From: Candidatus Saccharimonadota bacterium
GTDB taxonomy: Bacteria > Patescibacteriota > Gracilibacteria > UBA4473
Length of the DNA: 32,000 nucleotides
Reading direction: 5' to 3'
Assembly: GCA_963677105.1 (NCBI GenBank)
Contig: OY781871.1
Span: forward strand, 150,001-182,000
A program made the translations under genes and the position numbers. Every line of letters begins with the position of its first letter. Position 1 is the first letter of the stretch. Positions 1 through 7,023 of the stretch are shown one piece after another. The notes beneath the pieces were generated by a model. The model searched no databases. It was not told where the DNA came from and worked only from the letters and a program-made list of their open reading frames with translations.

Positions 1-3000
1 TCCATAAGAAAGCCATGTGTCAGTGTCTTTTTGAACAGGAGCATCAAATGTATCATCTCCATTTCCATAATAAATATATGTCCCCGAACCATACATTTGA
101 GCAATAACATCCATATTCCCATCGTCATCGAAGTCTGCTGCATCCATCCCTGAAACATAGCTTCCCGCATTTCCTGCTAAAGACAAAGCTGTGTGAGTAA
201 AACTCCAACTTCCACCATTTTCAAAATAATGTTCTCCCTCATTTTCATCAATTCCAAAAATATCGTAATCTCCATCGTTATCGAAGTCTGCTACCGCTAA
301 TCCTCGAATCTCATCTCCGGGGAAATAATCACTAGTAGTAACATATTGACTCGTAAATGTTCCAGAAGCTGATCCTGAATAAATTTGAATATCGCTATCT
401 CCTCCGGATAAAATATCGAAATATCCATCGTTATTAAAATCCGCTACTTTCCCGTCTAAAGAATCATCTGTTCCTTCAAATAAATCTCCTTGATATTCCA
501 ACACTCCTAATCCACTATCTCCATATATATTTGAATTCCAAACTTTTCCATCTCTATCAAAAATTGATACAAATATATCTTTCTGTATAAAATCTCCTGA
601 ACACGTTGATCCATCATATACTGACCAACTATCTACTCCTGATGATAATGTTTCCGTATAATTCTGCGACCAACCAGCTCCTCGAACTGTCCCATCTGGA
701 TTATTTACTGTTACCGTTTTTTTGTATGTCAAATCTTGTACTGCATCTCCTGCAGAAACTGTAATTGATTCTTGTGTGGCAGTTCCCCATGAAACAGTTG
801 CTCGTACTGCACTATCACTATATGAGCTCGAATCATAGTTATTCGCCTGATCTCTACATACCACTCTATATGCCCAATCTCCATCTCCAGCAAAATCTGG
901 ACATCCAGTACTTCCAACTCCAGCTCCCGTAACTGTACAACTACAACTACAACTTGTCCCCGTGCAAGCTTTCCAATCTGTTCCATTTCGTGTAACTCCA
1001 TTTTGAGTTCCCTGAAACTGACATTCTTTCATTCCATCATTTGTCGCATTTGTTGTGTCCATGTCATAACACGTTCCAGAAAGCGTCACTGTTTCCGTAT
1101 CATTAAATATCATAGAAGAAATACTCGCTGGTCCAGATGTTGGTTTATTATCCCATTCCGTCGTAAAATTAAGATTAAATTCACTTGATTCATTGTCTCG
1201 TACATCACGACATTTTATGTAGAAATTGTATGAACTTTCATCAATAATCTGTAATCGATGAAAGTGTGTTGTTTTATAATCATCATCCATTGGAACCATA
1301 TCGCCCCATGTATCTCCCGTCACAGGAGAATATCGACAAAGCGCTAATTCATCAGTATTAATTTTCCATACATACTCATATGTATTTTCTTCGGAAAGAA
1401 CCGGATCTGCTACAGCTGTTCCATTCGATGCTGGCGTATTAAAAGAAATGGTTGGCGCCACTGTATCAATCATGAATTCATAAGAATATTCCAGTGGTGA
1501 TCCATCTGTCGTATGAATGAGTGTTGTCCCATTATCATCTTTCATACGAACACGAACACGATAATCTCCATCCGTTTGTGTTCCTGTATTCCATCCTCCT
1601 GCCGTATCCCAAACCGCAGCAGTATCTAATTCTATCGTGCTCGCAAGTGCTGCAGAAGCATCTGACACAATTGTTGAAACCAGATTCCATGTAGAAGTTA
1701 CATATTTTTCTACGACAATGTCATAGGTGAGATCAAACGAACTTCCTCCAGTATTTTTAATATAGGATTCTGGCATCATATTTTCTGCCTTATCCCAAAT
1801 TATTTTCGGTGCGCCAACTCCATGCGCTTGAGGATCTGGACGTCCAGTAATCAACATTGAGTCTGAGTAATAATACCCCATAGTTGGGCTTCCTGTATAT
1901 GTCGCTTCTGGAACTCCATTAGTAGGACCACTCGTTGATTCATAAAAATCAATTGAATTTGAATTTGGATAAATAACTTCTATAACACCATCATCATCCG
2001 TATCTCCAAACTCTGCTATTACTCCATATGATCCCTCATCACGTCCATACCACTCTCTCTCATATGCTCCTGTTGTAGGGTTTATCTGAAATACATGTGC
2101 ACGACCATTTAGTTCTCCAACAACAAATTCATCTATTCCATCTCCATCCCAATCGGCTACTCCTCCTGTCATTTGATATCCATGTCCCACATCTACATCT
2201 GCTTGCGTACTACTCCATGTTCCCGTTTCTCCATCAAAGTCATATACTAACGGAATTCCAGCAGAAATATCCGTAATAAGTTCTGGATATCCATCCATGT
2301 CTACATCTAACATTGAAGAACCCCAATAATTATATCCCGAATTATTATAATCTTGATGTTCGTATGTACCATTTCCTCCGTATTGCCACAGGTTTCTCCG
2401 TCCAGAACTCGTATATCGTTGTCCCAACATTTCTGGAACTCCATCTCCATCAATATCTCCGACCGATCCCATCATTTGATAATACACTTGTTCTTCAAAT
2501 GACGTATAATCTGCACCTGAATTCCAATAAGAAGGATCTGTTACGTCCAATCCTGCTTCTTTTACATAAGAAGAACCATTCCATCCATAAATGGATGATC
2601 TATTGTGGGCATAACCAGGAGCAATTACTTCATTAATTCCATCCATATCTAGATCTCCTACCGTAATATTATAGGTGTAAACATCTGCATCCATTGCAGC
2701 AGTAGTTCCTCCATTTACATTTTCATATTCTCCGCTCGTAGAATTATATTCAAAAGACCATGTATATCCATTCGCATAATACGATACCAATAGATTTGGT
2801 TTTCCATTTCCATCAACATCTGCAATAGCTAATGATGGATATGATCCCATATCCCATGCTTGCCGAAATACTGATTCATACGCATCTACTCCATTCCACT
2901 TAATGATTTCAACTCCATAATCATGATCGGCTATCACAATCTCTGATTTGCCATCTCCGTCCAAATCTGTCTCGGGATAGAAAAACACTTGAGTATTGTC

Positions 3001-5259
3001 AAAAGCAACAGCTGGCGCAGCCTTTGTTCCATTTTCCGTTTTATCAAATACTAAATAAAAGTTTCGCGTCGTATTATTTGTTGTTATTCCATTAAGAACA
3101 AAATCTATTCTTCCTTGCGCATTTGTGGCTGCATTATACGTTGGATACGGATGTACAAATCGTGCTTTTTTCAAACTTGTTATTGCTCCATTCCCATCGT
3201 GCTCTGCCACCCGAAAACATGTATCACACATTGTTCCTGTCGTGCCAAGATCTGCATACAATTGAGTGAAATCTACCGGAAAAGAAATTAAATAATCCTC
3301 ACGATCATATTCTGCTGCGTCCACTGTGAATGGCATTTTATACGCCCATTCATCCTCATCCAATATTGAATCTAATTCACGAAGTTCAACATCTGTACTT
3401 CCAACGTAACTATCTTGAATTGCCCCAATAAAAACATCTGCAGAAATCCCCGTACACTGATTATTAATACAATTATCATTTCCTGTACAGTCACTTACTG
3501 TCGCACAACAATCACCTGAATCACAACAATATCCATTTTGACAATGCCCACTCGTACAATCTGTATTTTCATCACAAGCAGAACCATTTGCTAAATCCGC
3601 TTCACAAACACTTCCATTACAATAATAATCATCCCAACAATGAGTATTTGATGAACAAGTTATATAACAACTCGATGTACTAGAAGCCTTATATGGTGAA
3701 CAACTCGTACAGGATGGATTATTAAATCCCACATCATCAGTACAAGTTGCAAGTAAATCAAATCCTCCATTGGTTTCTCCATCCGGAGCACAATAATCAT
3801 TTGCTGTATCTGGTGAATTTTCTGCTGTATCCCATATACCAGTATTACATTTTTTAAGCCAACTATTTCCAGAACAAAGAATTGAACCATCCACGTATTC
3901 TGTCGATCCTGGTCCATTCACACAAGAAGAAGCTGTTGCATGACAATACGCCCATATATCATCAAAATCTATATCACAATTTCCAGAAATACATTCTGTA
4001 TCTCCCGAACACACAAATCCTTCCTCTATATCACAATTTCCGCTTCCATCACATGAACACGCGTCCGTACCACTCGCCTCACATCCGGTAGAATCTTCAC
4101 ACGCTGTTCCCGGATCAGTATATCCATTTAACGGACTTTGACTTCCAGCTGGCTCATATCCAGAACAACTCAAGTTTCCTTCGTTCGTCGCTGACGTTCC
4201 TCCACATACCGTACAAGTTGCACAATTGATATCTATTCCATTACTCGATCCAACTATCCATTCTGGATCATAATCTACACTCGAACAATATCTTCCCACA
4301 TATTCATCACAATCATCTTCTCCTGTTGCTCTACAACGAGCTCCTCCTAAATCATGTCCTTTACAAATAAATAACTCCACTCCTGAAAGCTCCTCATCCG
4401 CTGTATCATATCCTGTTTGGTTACTGCTCCCCGAACATTCCTTGTCTGCTGGAGCACAATATTTCGTACCAGTAAGATCAAGGTCAAAAATTGTCGCTAC
4501 ACAATTATCAGAAATACAATTACTATCGACTGTACAACTCTGTCCATTCTGCGCTAAACAATCTCCTTCTGCATTACATCCTTCTCCAGCTGCACAGCCA
4601 TGTTGTGCTCCATCCACATAACAAACCTCTGCATAAGAATCATAATTTGTTACATAACTATTTGCAGGACAGCTTTTATTACAGTTTGAATCTTTACAAG
4701 AAACACTTGTCGCTCCTGCTCCAGAACAAGAAGTAGCAACATTGTTACACGAAGTTCCACCAGAACAAAGTCCGTTATATGCCGTACTCGTGCTATAAGT
4801 TACACAATTACCACTACTCCAACCATAAATCCAAGCGGAACAAATAGTCGTACCACATTCTCCATCTGGATCTGTATTTTGTGGGATAGTAGTACAATAT
4901 CCTTCGTTTCCACTTTGATCACAGGACTGACACGTATCATCACACTTAGAATCACAACACACATCATCTACACAAAAATTAACTCCACATTGTGTATCCG
5001 AAGTACAAGGATCTCCAAGTGCTAAAGATGCATATGCATTTTCTATTCCCCACATATTTTGAAACACAGACGATACTAATTTTTCATTTTCTAATGAAAT
5101 TTCTAAAGACAAAAATGGTACTATTGATCCCAAAATTTGCGATAACAATGCGCAAATATTTAAAATTGCAATATGACGAATAACACGAATATTAAATCTC
5201 AAAGACTTCCTTTCATGAGAAAGTTTTTGTATCGATCGTTTTATTTTTACAAATCTCAT
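1..5259 (-). CDS. Very large protein truncated at its 3' end by the window edge (>1753 aa): N-terminal hydrophobic anchor or signal, ~600-aa cysteine-rich region, then FG-GAP/VCBS-type (integrin-alpha-like) beta-propeller repeats
   Basis: It is absent from the ORF track because no stop lies inside the window. Manual minus-strand translation from ATG 5259..5257 gives MRFVKIKRSIQKLSHERKSLRFNIRVIRHIAILNICALLSQILGSIVPFL...GDPCTSDTQCGVNFCVDDVCCDSKCDDTCQSCDQSGNEGYC. Spot translations at ~2208 (TQADVDVGHGYQMTGGVADWDGDGIDEFVVGELNGR) and at 1-180 (GMDAADFDDDGNMDVIAQMYGSGTYIYYGNGDDTFDAP) are in the same frame, since 5259-2208 and 5259-3 are both multiples of 3. The two listed minus ORFs in this span (729..1001, 3660..3917) are in a different frame. 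The start lies 1 nt after the stop of the upstream gene. Confidence 0.85.
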   Translation of the reverse strand, partial: MRFVKIKRSIQKLSHERKSLRFNIRVIRHIAILNICALLSQILGSIVPFLSLEISLENEKLVSSVFQNMWGIENAYASLALGDPCTSDTQCGVNFCVDDVCCDSKCDDTCQSCDQSGNEGYCTTIPQNTDPDGECGTTICSAWIYGWSSGNCVTYSTSTAYNGLCSGGTSCNNVATSCSGAGATSVSCKDSNCNKSCPANSYVTNYDSYAEVCYVDGAQHGCAAGEGCNAEGDCLAQNGQSCTVDSNCISDNCVATIFDLDLTGTKYCAPADKECSGSSNQTGYDTADEELSGVELFICKGHDLGGARCRATGEDDCDEYVGRYCSSVDYDPEWIVGSSNGIDINCATCTVCGGTSATNEGNLSCSGYEPAGSQSPLNGYTDPGTACEDSTGCEASGTDACSCDGSGNCDIEEGFVCSGDTECISGNCDIDFDDIWAYCHATASSCVNGPGSTEYVDGSILCSGNSWLKKCNTGIWDTAENSPDTANDYCAPDGETNGGFDLLATCTDDVGFNNPSCTSCSPYKASSTSSCYITCSSNTHCWDDYYCNGSVCEADLANGSACDENTDCTSGHCQNGYCCDSGDCCATVSDCTGNDNCINNQCTGISADVFIGAIQDSYVGSTDVELRELDSILDEDEWAYKMPFTVDAAEYDREDYLISFPVDFTQLYADLGTTGTMCDTCFRVAEHDGNGAITSLKKARFVHPYPTYNAATNAQGRIDFVLNGITTNNTTRNFYLVFDKTENGTKAAPAVAFDNTQVFFYPETDLDGDGKSEIVIADHDYGVEIIKWNGVDAYESVFRQAWDMGSYPSLAIADVDGNGKPNLLVSYYANGYTWSFEYNSTSGEYENVNGGTTAAMDADVYTYNITVGDLDMDGINEVIAPGYAHNRSSIYGWNGSSYVKEAGLDVTDPSYWNSGADYTSFEEQVYYQMMGSVGDIDGDGVPEMLGQRYTSSGRRNLWQYGGNGTYEHQDYNNSGYNYWGSSMLDVDMDGYPELITDISAGIPLVYDFDGETGTWSSTQADVDVGHGYQMTGGVADWDGDGIDEFVVGELNGRAHVFQINPTTGAYEREWYGRDEGSYGVIAEFGDTDDDGVIEVIYPNSNSIDFYESTSGPTNGVPEATYTGSPTMGYYYSDSMLITGRPDPQAHGVGAPKIIWDKAENMMPESYIKNTGGSSFDLTYDIVVEKYVTSTWNLVSTIVSDASAALASTIELDTAAVWDTAGGWNTGTQTDGDYRVRVRMKDDNGTTLIHTTDGSPLEYSYEFMIDTVAPTISFNTPASNGTAVADPVLSEENTYEYVWKINTDELALCRYSPVTGDTWGDMVPMDDDYKTTHFHRLQIIDESSYNFYIKCRDVRDNESSEFNLNFTTEWDNKPTSGPASISSMIFNDTETVTLSGTCYDMDTTNATNDGMKECQFQGTQNGVTRNGTDWKACTGTSCSCSCTVTGAGVGSTGCPDFAGDGDWAYRVVCRDQANNYDSSSYSDSAVRATVSWGTATQESITVSAGDAVQDLTYKKTVTVNNPDGTVRGAGWSQNYTETLSSGVDSWSVYDGSTCSGDFIQKDIFVSIFDRDGKVWNSNIYGDSGLGVLEYQGDLFEGTDDSLDGKVADFNNDGYFDILSGGDSDIQIYSGSASGTFTSQYVTTSDYFPGDEIRGLAVADFDNDGDYDIFGIDENEGEHYFENGGSWSFTHTALSLAGNAGSYVSGMDAADFDDDGNMDVIAQMYGSGTYIYYGNGDDTFDAPVQKDTDTWLSYG

Positions 5260-5260
5260 A

Positions 5261-6691
5261 TTAATTTACTTCAATTACAAGTTCACTATTGGCTGTATCC
5301 CAATAGATTTTTCCACTTCCAATCTGAATTGCATCGGTACTAGAAGTGTCATCAAATTTTACGGCTCCACTAACATGTAGCTTTGCCGTCGGATCTGCTA
5401 CATTGACTCCTAAATCTCCATTTGCATCCAAAATCATTTGTTGCGTTCCAGCCGTATCAAATCGAATAATATCTTCGTCAGCACTTTCTTCTACTTGAAC
5501 TAACGTATCTCCATCCGCATCTGTCATAGAGTTACTGCTCAATATTCCTGTAGCAACAGTTGTTCCATTCCATTTCAATATACCTCCAACAGCATACAGT
5601 TTGTTTGTTGTCGTCCCTGGCTCTGTCATATCTGATAAATGAATATCTCCGTTTATATCCAAAAGACTTGCCGGCGTTGCCGTTCCAATTCCTACATTTC
5701 CATTTTTTAATACAGTCATAGCATTCGCCTCTGAACCCACACCTGTTCCAATTCCTATCTCGAAGACCGAATCTAAATTATACCAATTTGTCGCTGAATT
5801 ACTTTCTGTTGCAATCCCAATATTATATCTTCCAATCGCACGACTTGCAAGTGATGCAGCATGTGTTGAATAACCTCCAGCATGGGAATAACTCCCCTCT
5901 GCATATGTATCACCACCTTCTGCATGCGAAGAACCACCCTCGGCATGCGAAGAATAACCTTCCGCATGCGCATAATCATACGATGCATATGTAATACCAC
6001 CTTCAGCGTGCGATGCATACCCTTCTGCATGTGAACCTACTCCCTCTACATGTGAATTTACCCCTTCAGCAATTGTTTGATACCCTTCTGCATGTGAATT
6101 ATCAATTACATCCCCAAATAAAAATGATAATCCCGGAGCGTAATCAAAACCATCTCCAGTAATTCCTGCCGCAGCTATACTTGCTGCCGTCATCGTAATT
6201 GTTGTTGCTGTCTTAGACTCTACTACCAATCCTTGATACCAATCTTCATCGTACCCTTCATAAGCAACCATCGTCTCTCCAACACCTACTGTTGATGTGG
6301 ATTCACCCGAACTCACTGTAAATGTACGCGTTGAATGTACGTAGCTATCTAGCAATATTTGTTTTCGTGCCATCGCAAATTTTCCTCTCTCACTTGATCC
6401 ATTTTCATAAAATCGATGACTTGCACCACTTATTCCAACTATATCTAATTTTGCATTTGGATCATCTGTTCCTATTCCAACAAATCCGGCATCAGTGTAA
6501 TGAACTACTTTATTTGTCGTTACATTGTAGGTTGGTCCAGTAGCAAACACTATTCCTGAAATCAAAAGACTCACCATTGTCATTCCGAGCTTAATTCGGA
6601 ATTCAACAGTATAACTCTTTGCTCTGAGCTGCGGATTAATCCCGCAGTTACAAAGTGCTTTTTTCACGAACGCAAGAAATAGTTTTTTCAT
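5261..6691 (-). CDS. Secreted fibre-like protein with a YadA-head/Hep_Hag-like 'SHAEG' repeat array and tail-fibre-like C-terminal modules. The start is uncertain: 6736, 6691 or 6583.
   Basis: The track ORF is 5261..6736. I prefer ATG 6691 (MKKLFLAF...) because it overlaps the TGA of the upstream small ORF as ATGA, the coupling seen elsewhere in the locus. ATG 6583 (MTMVSLLISGIVFATG) is an alternative signal-peptide-like start downstream of a hairpin. Motifs present: GFVGIGTDDPNAKLDIVG, the SHAEGY/SHAEGG array, GNVGIGTATPASLLDINGD, and DTLVQVEESADEDIIRFDTAGTQQMILDANG. Confidence 0.85.
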   Translation of the reverse strand: MKKLFLAFVKKALCNCGINPQLRAKSYTVEFRIKLGMTMVSLLISGIVFATGPTYNVTTNKVVHYTDAGFVGIGTDDPNAKLDIVGISGASHRFYENGSSERGKFAMARKQILLDSYVHSTRTFTVSSGESTSTVGVGETMVAYEGYDEDWYQGLVVESKTATTITMTAASIAAAGITGDGFDYAPGLSFLFGDVIDNSHAEGYQTIAEGVNSHVEGVGSHAEGYASHAEGGITYASYDYAHAEGYSSHAEGGSSHAEGGDTYAEGSYSHAGGYSTHAASLASRAIGRYNIGIATESNSATNWYNLDSVFEIGIGTGVGSEANAMTVLKNGNVGIGTATPASLLDINGDIHLSDMTEPGTTTNKLYAVGGILKWNGTTVATGILSSNSMTDADGDTLVQVEESADEDIIRFDTAGTQQMILDANGDLGVNVADPTAKLHVSGAVKFDDTSSTDAIQIGSGKIYWDTANSELVIEVN

Positions 6692-7023
6692 TGTGTGTAT
6701 TTGTTTACGATTTGAGTTCGAACTGTACAAGTCCAAACTCCGAATATACGCGCATTCTCGCTACCAAAAGTAATGTAGTTCAGCCCTGTCGCCACTGCCC
6801 CCAATGCCGACAGGACAGAGCTCACTACTTCTGAGAATGAAAATGAAGTGTATGTCATAAGAAAGTTAGTATTAGATGAAACATCACATTTCTGATTCTT
6901 CTCGTCTTTTCCACCAAAAGTAATGTAGTTCAGCCCTGTCGCCACTGCCCCCAATGCCGACAGGACAGAGCTCACTACTTCTGGTGATGAAAACGATGTA
7001 TATGTCATAAGAAAATTAAACAT
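6688..7023 (-). CDS. Possible small protein (111 aa from ATG 7023; track ORF starts at 7038) with an internal 50-codon duplication. It may instead be a non-coding structured repeat region.
   Basis: For coding: the ORF is open across both repeat copies; ATG 7023..7021 overlaps the upstream TAA as TAATG; its TGA overlaps the next ATG as ATGA; and the first three differences between copies are synonymous third-position changes (TAT/TAC, ACA/ACT, TCG/TCA). Against coding: the perfectly conserved core uses G-ending codons (GTG CTG TCG GGG GCG) that are atypical for neighbouring genes, and it folds into a long hairpin. Confidence 0.35.
   Translation of the reverse strand: MFNFLMTYTSFSSPEVVSSVLSALGAVATGLNYITFGGKDEKNQKCDVSSNTNFLMTYTSFSFSEVVSSVLSALGAVATGLNYITFGSENARIFGVWTCTVRTQIVNKYTQ
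6763..6868. repeat. Copy 1 of a tandem ~106-nt repeat (period 150 nt) containing a GC-rich 34-nt imperfect palindrome (6783..6816)
   Basis: 6763..6833 is identical over 71 nt to 6913..6983. Similarity continues with scattered mismatches to 6868/7018. Core palindrome: gccctgtcgccactgcccccaatgccgacaggac. Confidence 0.95.
6913..7018. repeat. Copy 2 of the tandem repeat (hairpin core 6933..6966), immediately downstream of the 850-aa gene stop
   Basis: Direct comparison with 6763..6868. The offset is exactly 150 nt. Confidence 0.95.

Noticed and set aside
1-5259. The absence of any long ORF in the supplied track over 5.2 kb of obviously protein-like sequence at first suggested stop-codon reassignment (code 4 or 25) or a pseudogene.
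   Set aside because: Manual translation shows a single open standard-code frame from ATG 5259 to the window edge. The track simply omits ORFs lacking an in-window stop. All other genes also terminate normally at TGA or TAA.
6763-7018. A CRISPR-like array or a mobile-element terminal repeat pair.
   Set aside because: There are only two copies. The units are ~106 nt with a 44-nt spacer, far from CRISPR dimensions. No cas genes or transposase are present. The copies are direct rather than inverted and enclose no cargo.
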